From assembly GCF_044704955.1 (NCBI RefSeq), contig NW_027251778.1, positions 372,001 to 436,000 of the forward strand: 64,000 nucleotides of DNA. Reading direction: 5' to 3'. Each line of letters begins with the position of its first letter. Position 1 is the stretch's first letter. Of this stretch, positions 23,485 to 36,827 are shown one piece after another. The position numbers and the translations under genes were made by a program. This stretch comes from Pristiophorus japonicus (lineage: Eukaryota). Under the pieces are notes generated by a model that was given only the letters and a program-made list of their open reading frames with translations, searched no databases and had not been told where the DNA came from.

Positions 23485-23786
23485 GTGAGTTCGAAACAAA
23501 TTGAATTCAGCAAATATGACCGTTTTCATCTTGCATGAGAAAATGTTCCACTGTTGCCACGACTGTAGCGGTGGGCAACTGACAAAATGTTTGACAGATC
23601 GATAGATAGACGCCTTTGGGAACGCTGTTCTCTTAATTGCAAATCTCTGGGTTCGTTTATGTGTTTACATGACCATATATTTAGCTCATGTTAACCAAGG
23701 GCCAATATAAGATGTTAATGAGAGGGGCAATGCGTGTTGTCAGGAGACTGACGAGAAATGTTTTTGTGATGTGAAATTATGATGTG

Positions 23787-23844
23787 GGATCAGCAAATAG
23801 CCAACCATTGCATTTTGGAGATGGCACAATGCTAACCGTTCTGA
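23787..23844 (+). CDS. TRBJ: TCR beta J8 (GSANSQPLHFGDGTMLTVL)
   Basis: FGXG motif; donor A|GTGAGT; RSS TGTTTTTGT-12-TGATGTG (23759-23786). Confidence 0.92.
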
Positions 23845-24039
23845 GTGAGTAAGATAATGGCCAAATTGTTTCAGTTAACACCCGGTAATTGGGCTCAAGA
23901 AGCACTGAATCTCTCGACTCATTTGCTCTCTTCAGTTTCATGAAAGGGAGATAATATGTAAAGTGGGAAAAGAGTAAACATTGTATTAAGGGGGGAAAAT
24001 AAACAACTAAAGGTGGGGGGAAAGGGTGATGTGGGCGGA

Positions 24040-24850
24040 GCATAAGTACACAAGAAATAGCAGCAGGAGCAGGATATTTGGGACCTCGAGCCTGCTCCAC
24101 ATTCACTGAGATCATGGCTGGTCTTCGAAGTCAATTCCACTTTCCTGCACTATCCTCGTATCCCTCTATTCCATTAATATGCAAAGATCTATCAATCTGT
24201 GTCTCTGGGTCTTGAATATACTCAACGACAGAGCCTCCACATCTCTCTGGGGTAGAGAATTCCAAAGCTTCACCAGCTCCTGAGTGAAGAAATTCCTCTT
24301 CATCTTAGTCCTAAATGGCCGACCCCTTAATCTGAGACTGTGTGACGGATGGATCTAGACTCCAAAGCCACGGGAACACATCCTCTCAGCATCGACCCTG
24401 TCAAGTCCTGTAATAATTTTGTATGTTTCAATGAGACCACTTCTCACTCTTCTCATGTCTAAATATAGGCCTAGTCTTCTCAATCTCTCCTCATAGGACA
24501 ATCCCCCGATCCCAGGAATCAGTCTGGTGAACGTTCGGTGCACACCCTCTATGGAAAGTATAACCTTCCTTAGGTAAGGAGATCAAAACTGTACACAATA
24601 CTCCAGGTGTGGTCTCACCAGGGCCCTATTTAATTGCAGTAAGACTTATTTACTCTAATACTCAAATCCTCTTGTAATAAAGACCAACATACCCTTTGCT
24701 TAATGAATTGCTTGCTGTACCTGCATGTTAACTTTCAGTGATTCGTGTACAAGGACACCCAGGTCTCTCTGAACAACAACATTTCCCAATCTCTCACCAT
24801 TTGAAAAGAACTTGATTTGCTGTGTTTGCTACCAAAGTGGATGAGTTCAT
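24040..24850 (-). mobile_element. CR1 LINE 3' fragment
   Basis: Encodes FTRLIPGIGGLSYEERLRRLGLY and ELIHFGSK. Confidence 0.82.
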
Positions 24851-25143
24851 ATTTGGTGGTGGTGGCGGGAGTGGGGTGGGGATGCGAGTGAGAGAGGAAA
24901 AGGCAGTGAGCTGTAGAGAGAGACAGGCGGAGAGCAAAATGCAGACAGGACGGGAGGCAAATGGAAAATTGCATCGAAAGAAGAAGGAAAGAGGCAGAGA
25001 TGGGCAGAGAAACGTTTGACAGAAAGAGACAGAGAGCAATAAGGCGGGAGAATGAGTGTAACATAATGAACCAATTGTGCAGATCAACTGATGTTTCGAG
25101 AGATAACGAGTAACTAGTTTTGTTGCAGCAGTGTAACATTGTG

Positions 25144-25195
25144 TCAGGAAACTACGATTATACGTTTGGAGCTGGTACAAAACTTGTGGTTTTAG
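25144..25195 (+). CDS. TRBJ: TCR beta J9 (SGNYDYTFGAGTKLVVL)
   Basis: FGXG motif; donor G|GTGAG; RSS AGTTTTGTT-12-CATTGTG (25116-25143). Confidence 0.94.
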
Positions 25196-25284
25196 GTGAG
25201 TGATACTGGCTCTTCAAATTAAAGTGGCGTCAGTGAGAATAATTTAGCGAGTATTGTTTCATTGACATTTAAATTTGTTAAAAA

Positions 25285-26075
25285 TAATTGTGAGGTAATG
25301 CATTTGGGAAGGGCTAACAAGGCAAGGGAATACAGATTAAATGGTAGGATATTGATAAGTGTAGAGGAATAAAGCGACCTTGGAGTGCAGGTCCACAGAT
25401 ACCTGAAGAGAGCGGGCCAGGTGGATCAGGTGGTTAAGAAGGCATACGGGATACTTGCCTTTATTAGCCGAGGCATAGAATACAAGAGCAGGGAGGACAT
25501 ACCTAAACTGTACAAAACACTAGTTGGGCCACATCTGGAGTACCGCGTGCAGTTCTGTTCACCACATTACAGGAAGGATGCAATTGCATTAGAGAGGGTA
25601 CAGAGGAGATTTACGAGAATTTTGCCTGGACTGGAGAATTTTAGCTATAAGGAAAAATTCGATAGGCTGGTGTTGTTCTCTTTGGAGCAGAGGCGGCAGA
25701 GCGGAGACCTTACTGAGATGTATAAAATTATGAGGGGTCTGGATAGAATGCATTGGAAGGACCTATTTCCCTTGGCAGATGAGTCAATATCCATGGGGCA
25801 CAGATTGAAAGTAATTGGTAGGAGATTAAGAGGGGATTTCAGTGGAATTCTTTTCACCCAGAGGGTGGTGGTGGTCTGGAACTCACTGCCAGAAAGGGTG
25901 ATAGAGGGAGAAACTTTCACCACATTTGGATGTGCACCTTGAAGTGCCATAACCTGCAGCGCTACAGACCCAGAGCAGGAAAGTGGGATTAGGCCGAATA
26001 GCTCTTGTTCGGCCGACGCGGACACGATGGGCCAAAACGACATCCTTCCATGATGTACATTTCTACGATTCTATG
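25285..26075 (+). mobile_element. CR1 LINE 3' fragment
   Basis: ORF 25385-25942 reads KKAYGILAFISRGIEYKS...ERVQRRFTRILPGLENFSY. Confidence 0.88.
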
Positions 26076-26994
26076 TTTTAAAACTCGCTACAGAGACACG
26101 GGCCTGATACATGAGTGTAACCCTGATTATACATGTCTTCCCGTTGCATTCCTTGCTTCCCAGCACTGTGTAGAATATCCAAAATTTGCTGAAACGAAAT
26201 GACTGACCAATTGTGCTTGTGGGAAACTACATGATAAGTACCTAGCTTATCAGGGGCCTAAATGACCTCCTGCTGCTCCGAATGTTATTATGTCGGTTTA
26301 GCACACGTTGATCATAGGGCTGAGATAGTGTGACAAATCGGTCACAAAAGAGTCAAGAGTGAATAGTTCTCGAAGGTGTCGTTGATTAAAGATTTACGAG
26401 GAGTTGAGCAAGGAAGTCATGCTTAACCTTGATGAGAGTCCTTTAATGCCCCTTAACTGCTTAGGACGCGGTGGGGGTACTGCATCCAATTCTGAGTTCC
26501 ACACGTTAATGACGATGTCAAGGCCTGAGGGAGGATGCAGCAGAATTGTTACCATGGATCAGGGACTTCAGTTATATGTAGGGCCTGGAGAAGCTGCGGT
26601 TGTTCAATGTGGAGTACAGGCGCTTAAGAGGAAATTTAACAGAGGTGTTCAAAACAATAAAGGTTTTGGATAGCGCTAATAGACAGAACCGCTTTTCATT
26701 GGTAGAAGGCTCGATAACCCGAGGACACAGATTTCAGACAAAATAACCTGAGGCGGGATGAGGAGACTTTATTTTTTCAGGCAGGTGTTTTATATGGTCT
26801 GGGTTTCACTAGCTGAAAGGTTAGTGTAAGGAGCTTCATTGGTAACTTTCACAAGGGGAATTGGATAAATACTAAAATGGGTAACCTTTTCAGATCTATG
26901 CCTGAATGACAGGGGAGTGGGATTAATTGGATAGCCTTTTCAAAGAGCAGGCACAGTCTATACGGGCCAAATAGTTTTCTTCTGTGTTATACAT

Positions 26995-27690
26995 AAGAAC
27001 ATAAGAACATAATAAAAATGAGCAGGAATGGGCCATATGGCCTCTCGAGCCTGCTCCGCCATTTAATAATTCCACCCACAGTATTTTGCTTTTGTACGAC
27101 TGATCTGATCTTCGCCTGAACTCTACTTTCCTGTCTGTTCCCAATAATATATGACTCCCCTATAGTTGAAGAATCCATCTATCTCAGTCTTGAATATATT
27201 CAATGACTCTGCTTCCATAGCTCTCTGGGTAGAGAATTTCCAAGATTCATGCCCTTCTGAGAAAATTAATATTTTCTCATCTCCATCTTAAATGGGCGGC
27301 CCCGTATTCTGAAACTATACCACCTAGTTCGAGATTCCCCCACGAGGGGAAACATCCTCTCTGCATCTACCCTGTCAATCCTCCTCAGAATCGTATACGT
27401 TTCAATTAGATCACCTCTCATGCTTCTAAACTCCAATGAGTACAGGCCCAACCTGTTCAACCTTTCTTCATGAGACAATCCCCTCATCTCCGGAATCAAC
27501 CGTGAACCTTCTCTGAATTGCCTCCAATACGAGTATATCTCATTTAAATAAGGAGACCAAAACTGTACGCAGTACTCCAGGTGTGGGCTCACCAATACGC
27601 TGCAAAGTTGTAGCAAAACATCTCTACTTTTAAACTTCACCCCCTTGCAATGAAGGCCAACATTCAATTTGCATTCCTGTTCTATCATCA
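26995..27690 (-). mobile_element. CR1 LINE 3' fragment
   Basis: Encodes PHLEYCVQFWSPYL...EERLNRLGLYSLEFRSMRGDLIE. Confidence 0.85.
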
Positions 27691-27858
27691 TATGATTTTA
27701 TGTCGGTTTATGAAGCACACATGTAGAGTTGAGAATACATGAATTAAATGAAGTAGAATAAATCAATAAACGTGCAAGAGAGCAGGGGGCCAAATTTAAC
27801 ACGCGCCAGAAACCCTGCCTTGTCTCATGAGGTTTAGATACTAGGGTCTCTCACTGTG

Positions 27859-27908
27859 TTCTGCCAACCAATATTACTTTGGAAGTGGTACAAAGTTGGT
27901 CGTGACAG
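27859..27908 (+). CDS. TRBJ: TCR beta J10 (SANQYYFGSGTKLVVT)
   Basis: FGXG motif; donor G|GTGAG; RSS GGTTTAGAT-12-CACTGTG (27831-27858). Confidence 0.94.
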
Positions 27909-28193
27909 GTGAGTCGAGAAATGTTAAGCCAACTCTGAAAATGCCTGCTGCCCAAATTGACAGAAAAGAGGTTTAATGTTGCGGGCCCATTGCTGAAAGA
28001 GTGTTTGTTTAGAGCGCTCCCAGGCTAGTAAACAGAAAGACAGAGACAACGGACAAGACTGATTCTGGAATTGTATGCGTGTTCAAAAAGCGTATTTCTC
28101 ACTATTAGCTCCTTATGGACTTTTTCGTTCCTCCAAAAATCCCGCACCCTTTTAGAGCCCAGATTAGTTTTGTTACAGTGTTGAAACACTGTG

Positions 28194-28246
28194 CTCTTCA
28201 GGCTACAGTTATTACTTCGGTGCAGGGACTAAGCTGACGGTGCTGG
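28194..28246 (+). CDS. TRBJ: TCR beta J11 (SSGYSYYFGAGTKLTVL)
   Basis: FGXG motif; donor G|GTGAG; RSS AGTTTTGTT-12-CACTGTG (28166-28193). Confidence 0.94.
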
Positions 28247-28769
28247 GTGAGTTGACGATTTAAAAAAAAAATTATTGTAGTCGATGCTGTTTATAGTTTT
28301 CGGTTTACAACTGAATAACTGCATTGGAAAAGCGATCATTTCGCCCTTACTTCTGAAACGTGGATTTGAGGTCGGCAATCAGAATGAGCATTACTGTCAG
28401 GCTTGAATGTAAAACACAATAATTGGTGACTTCACTGTAAAATATGCAGATAAATATTTTAATTTTCTTAGAGAACAATTTACATTCGTGTAGGATATTC
28501 ATTTCTAAAAATGGATATAATCGTTGTTACGCAAAACACAACAAAAGAAGGATACTATAATTAGAATGATAGAATTTACAGAAATATTCGGTCCAACTGG
28601 TCTGTGCGGGTTAATAGGCTCCACATAAGCCTCCTCCCAGCCCTGCTTCATTGAGCCTGCTAATCCTTTCTCCCTCCCGTCGTTATCAAGCTTTCCGTTT
28701 AATGCAACTATACTATTCGCCTCAAGCACTCTCTGTGGCAGCGAGTTCCACATTCTCACCCCACTCTGG

Positions 28770-29830
28770 GTAAAAATTGGGAAATGTTGGTGTTCACAGG
28801 GACCTGGGTGTCCTTGTACACCAACCACTGAAAGTTAACATGTAGGTACAGCAAGCAATTTAGAAAGCAAATGGTATGTTGGCCTTTATTGCAAGAGGAT
28901 TTGAGTACAACAGTAACGACGTCTTATAGCAATTAGACAGGGCCTTGATGCGATCCCACCTGGAGTATTCTGTACAGCTTTGGTCTCCTTACCTAAGGAA
29001 GGATATGCTTGCCATTCAGGGAGTGCAGCGAAGGTTGATCAGACTGATTCATGGGATATTGGGATTGTCCTATGAGAAGTGATTGAGTAGACTTGGCCTA
29101 TATTGACTAGAGTTTAGAAGAATGAGAGGTGATCTCATTGAAAGATACAACATTATTACATGGTAGATGGAGGAAGGATGTTACCCTTGGCTGGGGAGTC
29201 TAGAACTCGGAGTCACAGTCTCAGAATAAAGGGTCAGCCAGTTATCACTGAGATGAGGAGAAATTTGTTTAATCACACTGTGGAGATTGATTGGATTTCT
29301 CTAGCCCAGAGGGCTGTAGCACCTCAGTCGTTGAGCATATTCAAGACAGAGATCGATAGATAAGAACAAAAGAACATAAGAGATAGGAGCAGGCGTAGGT
29401 CATAAGGTCCCTCGAGCCAGCTCCACCATTTAATACGATGATGGCTGATACGATGGCTGGTCCACTTCCCGACCCGCCCCCCATAACCCTTTATTCCATG
29501 ATAGGTTAAGAAACTGTCTACCTCTGTCTTAAATTTTTTCAATGACCAGCTTCCACAGCTCTCTGAGGCACAGAATTCCAAAGATGTACAACCCTCTGAG
29601 CGAAGAAATTTCTCCTCATCTCAGTTTTAAATGAGCGGCTCCTTATTCTAAGATTATGCCCTCTAGTTCTAGTTTCCCCCATCAGTGGAAACATCCTCTC
29701 TGCAACCAGCTCGTCAAACCCCATCATAATCTGATACGTAGCCATAAGTTCACCTCTCATTCTTCTGAATTCCAATGATTAGGGGCCCAGACTTCTCAAC
29801 CTTTCCTCATAATTCATCCCCTCATTTCTT
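28770..29830. mobile_element. Two CR1 3' fragments (+ about 28770-29360, - about 29360-29830)
   Basis: RT C-terminal remnants and tails on opposite strands. Confidence 0.8.
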
Positions 29831-30097
29831 TTGGCTATTAACGGAATCAAGGGATGTGGGTATAGTACGACATTGTGCTTGCGGTAGAAGATCAGCCATT
29901 ATCTCATTGAATGGCAGAGCTGGCTCGAGGAGGAGAATATAAAAAATAGGGCAGAAGTCGGCCATTTTGTGATGTTTTTCTTATTCTCTAATGTTATGTT
30001 CTGGCTAAGTTTGAAAGGTCTACTGTTCGAGGATTTAAAACTCTCAGAAATATTTAATTTTTTTCTGTGTTCCCTCTGTTTCTTAATTCCGGTACAG

Positions 30098-30442
30098 AAC
30101 ATGACATTAAGTCTCCCAAAGTTGTCGTGTTTGACCCCTCTCCCGAAGAGATTAAAAGAAGAAACCGAGCCACTGTGGTTTGCCTGGTAACCAACTTCTA
30201 TCCAGACAACATCAAGATTCAATGGCTCGTCGACGGCAAGTTGAAGGAGTCAAACGATACCAGCATTCACACGGACCTCAAATCCATCGCAGGGGAAAAG
30301 AATGAGGCTTACAGCATCAGCAGTCGAATCACATTCGACGCCAAAGTTTGGATCCGCTTGAGGAAGGTCGAATGCCAAGTGGAACACTATCAGAACGGAT
30401 CAGATCCAGTAAAATTTTTTGAACCCTTAGCCATCAACTCTG
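30098..30442 (+). CDS. TRBC: TCR beta constant gene exon 1 (Ig C1 domain)
   Basis: Acceptor tacag|AA. Reads EHDIKSPKVVVFDPSPEEIKRRNRATVVCLVTNFYPDNIKIQWLVDG...YSISSRITFDAKVW...VECQVEHY...AINS, then a phase-1 donor G|GTAGG. Confidence 0.96.
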
Positions 30443-31339
30443 GTAGGGGCACGAGCGAGACACTTTGGGAAAAATCCATTGAAACAGCGCCACCCATTAG
30501 CACACTAGAGCGGTGTTAACGGGCCGCTAAGCGTTTACCGCCATCGTGCCGCACTGTCAGTGCCTACTGGGAACTTCAGTGAAGGTTTATCGGCAGCTCT
30601 AACAGTTAATGCCGCGCACGGTCGATGCGTGTGGAATGTCCCATTAGCGCCGCGTTCCTGAACATCAATCGGTTTGCCTGGGACTAATCGCGACAGAGAA
30701 CAATGTAAATTTACAGCGCGGAAGGAGGCCATTTTGGCCCATTTTGTCTGCGCTGGCCGATAAAGAGCCGCACGGCCCTCGGTCAGCAGCTCTGAAGGTT
30801 ACAGATAAATCTATCAACATTGAACAATGGCGGAAAGGTAAACAGCACCCAGTCCAACCAGTCCGCCCAATACAACTGCGGCGCCCCTTACTCTGAAACA
30901 TTCCACACTCCTCCCCAACCGGAGCAATGCGATCTCCTGGGAGAGGAAAAATATCTGATAAAAACCCAGGCGAATTTGGGGAAATAAATCTGGGAAAAAT
31001 CCTCTGCGACCCATCCAGGTGATCGAAACTAGTCCAGGAGATCACCCTGGCCGTATTCGATTCCCTGCAGTACTTACCAGTTCGCTTCACAGGACCGTTA
31101 TAAAATATATTTTGAAACCCTGCCACGTGCAGATATTCGGGCAGATGACCAAATGGTTGGCCAATAAGGTAGGGTTTAAGCAGCACGTTTAAGGATCAGG
31201 GAGAGTAGGAGAGGTTTAGGGAATGAACTCCAGAAATCTGGACCTCGCCGGCTGAATGCACGGACGCTGATGGTGGAGCGATGGAAATCGGGGGAATGCG
31301 CAAGACGCCAGAACTGGAGGAGCGCAGAGCTCTCCGAGG

Positions 31340-32000
31340 GTTATAGGGGCTGGAGGAGGTTACAGAGAGAGAGAGGGGTGTAGGGGCTGGAGAAGGTTAA
31401 AGAGATAGGGAGGGGTGTCGGGGCTGGAGGAGGTTACAGAGAGAGAGAGGGGTGTAGGGGCTGGAGAAGGTTAAAGAGATAGGGAGGGGTGTAGGGGCTG
31501 GAGGAGGTTACAGAGATAGAGAGGGGTGTAGGGGCTGGAGGAGGTTACAGAGATAGAGAGGGGTGTAGGGGCTGGAGGAGGTTACAGAGATAGAGAGAGT
31601 TGTAGGGGCTGGAGAAGGTTAAAGAGATAGGGAGGGGTGTCGGGGCTGGAAGAATTTACAGAGAGAGAGAGGGGTGTAGGGGCTGGAGAAGGTTAAAGAG
31701 ATAGGGAGGGGTGTAGGGGCTGGAGGAGGTTACAGAGATAGAGAGGGGTGTAGGGGCTGGAGGAGGTTACAGAGATAGAGAGGGTTGTAGGGGCTGGAGG
31801 AGGTTACAGAGATAGAGAGGGGTGTAGGGGCTGGAGGAGGTTACAGAGATAGAGAGGGTTGTAGGGGCTGGAGGAGGTTACAGAGATAGAGAGGGGTGTA
31901 GGGGCTGGAGAAGGTTAAAGAGATAGGGAGGGGTGTCGGGGCTGGAAGAAGTTACAGAGAGAGAGAGGGGTGTAGGGGTTGGAGGAAGTTAACATGATAG
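31340..32000 (+). repeat. 37-bp G-rich minisatellite inside an L2 fragment (C-beta intron 1)
   Basis: Unit GTTACAGAGATAGGGAGGGGTGTAGGGGCTGGAGGAG, about 17 copies, flanked by L2-like sequence. Confidence 0.9.
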
Positions 32001-32262
32001 GGATGGGCGACGACCATGGAAGGATATTAAATGAAGGGTGAGAATTTTAAGATAGAGGCGAAAGTGATTGAAAAAAATAACTGAATAAGTAAATAAATAT
32101 GTCAATAAATAAATGCACTGGGCTACATCAGCAAACCCTCAACTAGACTGACTCTCTCATATATGAGGCTGCAGTGTGACTTAGAACTCTGATAATTTGC
32201 ATCACCACAGGCTTTCATGTAATATTCCGATACTGAATGTTATCTTTTTTCTTTGTTTTCAG

Positions 32263-32283
32263 TGCCCTGTGGAATAAGTAAAG
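32263..32283 (+). CDS. TRBC: TRBC exon 2 (hinge, interchain Cys): VPCGISK
   Basis: Polypyrimidine tract, then ttttcag|TGCCCTGTGGAATAAGTAAAG|GTGAG; phase 1-1. Confidence 0.92.
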
Positions 32284-33279
32284 GTGAGTTCATCATAGAA
32301 TCATAGAAAGTTACAGCACGGATAGTGGCCATTTCGGCCCATCGTTTCCGTGCCGGCCGACAAAGAGCTATCCAGCCTAGTCCCACTTTCCAACTCTCGG
32401 TCCATAGCCCTGTAGGTTGCAGCACTTCCAAGAACATATCAATATGTGGAGAGGGTTTCTGTCTACACAATCCTTTCAGGCAGTGAGTTCTGCCCCAGAC
32501 CTCCACCATATTTTGGTGTAGGAAATTCCCCTCAAAACCCTCTAAACATTCTATATCCCTCTGGTTGCTGACGCCTCTGCTATGGGTCCTTCCTAGCCAC
32601 TCTATCCAGGCACCTCATAATCTCGTACACCTCACTCAAATCTCCCCTCAGCCTCCACTGTTCCAAAGAAAACAACCCCAGCCTATCCAATCTTTCCTCA
32701 TCGATAAAATGCTCCAGTTCTGGCAAGATCCTGGTAAATCTCCTCTGTACCCTTTACAGTGCAATTACATATTTCATGTAATGCGGTGACCAGAACTGCC
32801 CATAGTACTCTATCTGTGGCTTAGTAATATTGTATACAGTTCAGGAGTAACCTACTGATCTACTATATTTATGCCTCGGCTTATAAAGGCAAGTATCCCG
32901 TATGTCTTCTCAACTAACTTATCGACCTGTCCGGCTAACTTCAGGGATCTGTGGACCTGTGCTCCAAGGTCCCTCTGTTCCACTACACATTTCAGTGCCC
33001 TAAAATTTAATGTTATTCCCTTGCCTTGCTAGCCCTCCTCAGCTGTATTTCTATTTGCTTTTGTCAAATCGTCACCACGTATAATTGATAATTGTGGAAT
33101 TATTTACCATGTGAGACATTTCAACTGCTTTCTCAGTTCAAAATTTTCAAACTGCTGTTCTAATTTGACGAAAATGTTACGTTCACCAATGAATTTATGA
33201 GCAACACCTTGATGGAGAGGGAGGTCAGATCAATTGGTTTGCCAGACGAGGTTGGTCCAAATGGATGAGCCTCGTGGTC

Positions 33280-33665
33280 AGGGGAGAAACGTATAAGATT
33301 ATGAGGAGGCTTGACAAGGTAGATGCAGAGAGGATGTTTCCAATGATGGGGGAGACTAGAACTAGAGGGAATGAACTTAGAATAAGGGGCCGCCCATTTA
33401 AAACAGAGATGAGGAGAAATTTCTTCTCTCAGAGGGTTGTAAATTTGTGGAATTCGCTGCCTCAGAGAGCTGTGGAAGCTGGGACATCGAATGCAGTGAA
33501 GACTGAAATAGACAATTTCTTAAACGATAAGGGGATATGGGGTTATGGGGAGCGGGCGGCGAAGTGGAGCTGAGTCCATGATCAGATAAGCAATGATCTT
33601 TTTGAATGGCGGAGCAGGCTCCAGGGGTCGCATGGCCTACATTTTTCTTTAGTTATATTCTTATG
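33280..33665 (+). mobile_element. CR1 LINE 3' fragment
   Basis: Encodes ETYKIMRRLDKVDAERMFP...RNFFSQRVVNLWNSLPQ. Confidence 0.85.
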
Positions 33666-33977
33666 TCATCTGGGACAGGGTTTCAAGTCACCGACACCGA
33701 CAGGAAGATTATATTTCCCTGTGATGATGGGGAAGAAATGCCTGGGAGTTAGCGGGTGAGGAGGGGGGAGACATTTGTGTTAAACCTTAACCTTCCTTCT
33801 GTGAAATCCTTGTACGCATCTGTTCCAGCATTAAGACGTGTTTTTTTTCCTCTGACCTGAGAACTCACTTTTAGCGTGGAAGCAAGTCTTCCTCGATTTC
33901 GATGGATTGCCTTTGATGATGATTCTTACACTGAGAGATCAAAAATGCCAACATTGTTCATTATATTCACTTCACAG

Positions 33978-34084
33978 ATGCTAAAATGCAAAGTATGACG
34001 ACAGCCAAATTGACATATCTGATCCTGATCTGTAAGAGCATCTTTTACGGAGCGTTCGTGTCGATACTTGCTTGGAAAGCTAAG
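33978..34084 (+). CDS. TRBC: TRBC exon 3 (connecting peptide + TM): DAKMQSMTTAKLTYLILICKSIFYGAFVSILAWKAK
   Basis: ttcacag|AT...AAG|GTAAG; 107 nt; conserved TM motif Y-x5-K-x3-Y. Confidence 0.95.
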
Positions 34085-34689
34085 GTAAGATTAAACTAAT
34101 TAAAGACCTTAAAAATAGTCATTAAAAGCTGAAGCTGGGTCCTTTCCACAGTTAACAGTAACACCAGAAATGAACAACAACAGTTTGCTGTCACTGGCCC
34201 TTTCCCGAAACTCCTCTGCAAAATATTTTAGCAAGCAAAACTTGACTCCACATTCATTCCAACTATTCCAACTGCATATAACATTATTGGATAACTCCAT
34301 CCCCGTCTTGTTATTACACAAAATTAGGACTCGTGCAATTGGGGATAATATATTCGCATGGATTGAAAACATAAGAACATAAGAAATAGGAGCGGGAGTA
34401 TGCCCTTCTGCCGGTCTAGCCTGCACCGCCATCCAATGAGATCATGGTTGAACCGATCATGGACTCAGCTCCAGTTCCCTGCCCTTTCTCCATAACCCCT
34501 GACTCCCTTGTCGCTCAAAAATCTATCTATGTCCATCTGAAATATATCCAATCACTCAGCCGCCACAACTCTCTGAGACAGCGAATTCCACAGATTTACA
34601 ACCCTCTGAGAGAAGAAATTCCTCCATATCTCAGTTTGAAATGGGCGGCTCCTTATTCTGTCGGAGGACCTGTAGAATTTGTATTCGAT

Positions 34690-36590
34690 GCATAGAAACT
34701 TAGAAAATAGGTGCAGGAGTAGGCCATTCGGCCCCTCGAGCCTGCACCATTCAAAATAATCATGACTGATCAGGCAACTTCAGAAGGCTATTCCTGCTTT
34801 CTCTCCATACCCCTTGATCCATTTAGCCATAAGGGCCACATTTAACTCCCTTTTGAATATATTTAACGACTGGCCTCAACAACTTTCTGTGGAATAGAAT
34901 TCCACAGCTTCACAATTCTCTGAATGAAGAAGTTTCTCCTCATCTCGGTCCTAAATGGCTTAATCATTATCCTTAGACTGTGACCCCTGGTTCTGGACTT
35001 CCCCAACATCAGGAATATTCATCCTGCATCTAACCTGTCCAATTCCTTCAGAATTTTATATGTTTCTAAGAGATCCCCTCTCAGTCTTCTAAATTCCAGT
35101 GAATATTGGTCTAGTCGATCCAGACATTCTTCAGATATCAGTCCAGGCTTCCCAGGAATCAGTCTAGTGAACCTTCGCTGTACTCCCTCAATAGCAAGAA
35201 TGTTCTTCCTCAGATTAGGAGACCAAAACTGTACAAAATATTCAAGATGTGGCCTCACCAAGGCCCTGTACAACTGCAGTAAGACCTCCCTGCTCCTATA
35301 CTCAGTTCCTCTCGCTATGAAGGCCAACATGCCATTGGTGTTCTTTTTCACCTGCTGTACCTGCATGCCAACTTTCAATGACTGATGTACCATGACACCC
35401 AGGTCCCGTTGCACCTCCCCTTTTCCTAATCTGTCACCATTCAGATGATATTCTGCCTTCCTGTTTTTGCCACCAAAGTGGATAACCTCACATGTATCTA
35501 CATTATAGTGCATCTGCCAAGCATTTGCCCACTCAACTAACCTGTCCAAGTCACCCTGCAGCCTCTGAGCTGCCTCCGCACAGCTCACACTGCCACCTAG
35601 CTTAGTGTCATCTGCAAACATCATTCAATTCCTTCGTCTAAATCGTTAATGTAGATTATAAATAGCTGGGGTCACAGCACTGTCACTGACCACTAGTCAC
35701 TGCCTGCCAATCTGAAAAGGACCCGTTTGTCCCGACTCCCTGCTTCCTGACTGCCAACCAGTTCTCTATCCACATCAATACATTACGCCCAATACCATTT
35801 GCTTTCATTTGGCACACTGATCTCTTGTTTGGGGCCTTGTAAAAAGCCTTTTGAAAGTCCAAATGCACCACATCCACTGGTTCTCCCTTGTCCACTCTAC
35901 TAGTTACATCCTCAAAAAATTCCAGAAGATTTCTCAAGCATGAATTCCCTTTCACAAATACATGCTAACTTGGACCGATCCAGTCACTGCTTTCCAAATA
36001 AGCTGCAATTACATCTTTACTAATTGATTCCAAGCCGGTCTATAATTCCCTGTTTTCACTCTCCCTCATTTTTTAAAAAGTGGGGTTACATTAGCTACCC
36101 TCCAATCCATAGGAACTGATCCAGAATCTATAGAATGTTGGAAAATGACCAGCAATGCATCCACTATTTCTAGGGCTATTACCTTATATACTCTGGGACA
36201 CAGACTATCAAGCCCTTGGGGATATATCGGCCTTCAATCCCGTCAATTTCCCGAACACAATTTCCTGACTAACAAGGATTTCCTTCAGTTCCTCCTTCTC
36301 GCTAGACCCTCGGTCCCCTAGTGTTTCCGGTCGGTTATTTGTGTCTTCCTTCGGGAAGACAGAACCAGAGTATTTATTCATTTGGTCTGTCAATTCTTTG
36401 TTCCCCATTATAAATTCACCTGATTCTGACTTCAAGGGAGGAACTTACTTTCGTCTTCACTAATCTTTTTCTCTTCATATATCTATAGAAGCTTTTGCAG
36501 TCAGTTTTTATGTTTCCTGCAAGCTTACTCTCGTACTCTATTTCCCCCCTCCGAATTAAACCCTTAGTTCTCCTCTGCTGAATTCTGAAT
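34690..36590 (-). mobile_element. CR1 LINE ORF2 RT fragment in TRBC intron 3
   Basis: Motifs FADDTKLGG, VDKGEPVDVVHLDFQKAF and LVRPHLEYFVQFWSP. Confidence 0.9.
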
Positions 36591-36827
36591 GAAGCGAGTT
36601 GTCACAATCTGCATCGCACTGCTTGAAAGGGCAGTGGGCGCACATTGATTAGTAACATTCAAAAGGGAGTTGGATAAATATTGGAAGGCGGGTGGGATTC
36701 AGGGCGATGGGGAATGAGCAGGGGGAGTGGGAATAATTGGATCGCTCTATAAAATTGCCAGCACAGGCAGGTTGGGCCGAATCATTCTTTGCAGATAATA
36801 ACACCCTCTGTTTTTTTTATATACTAG

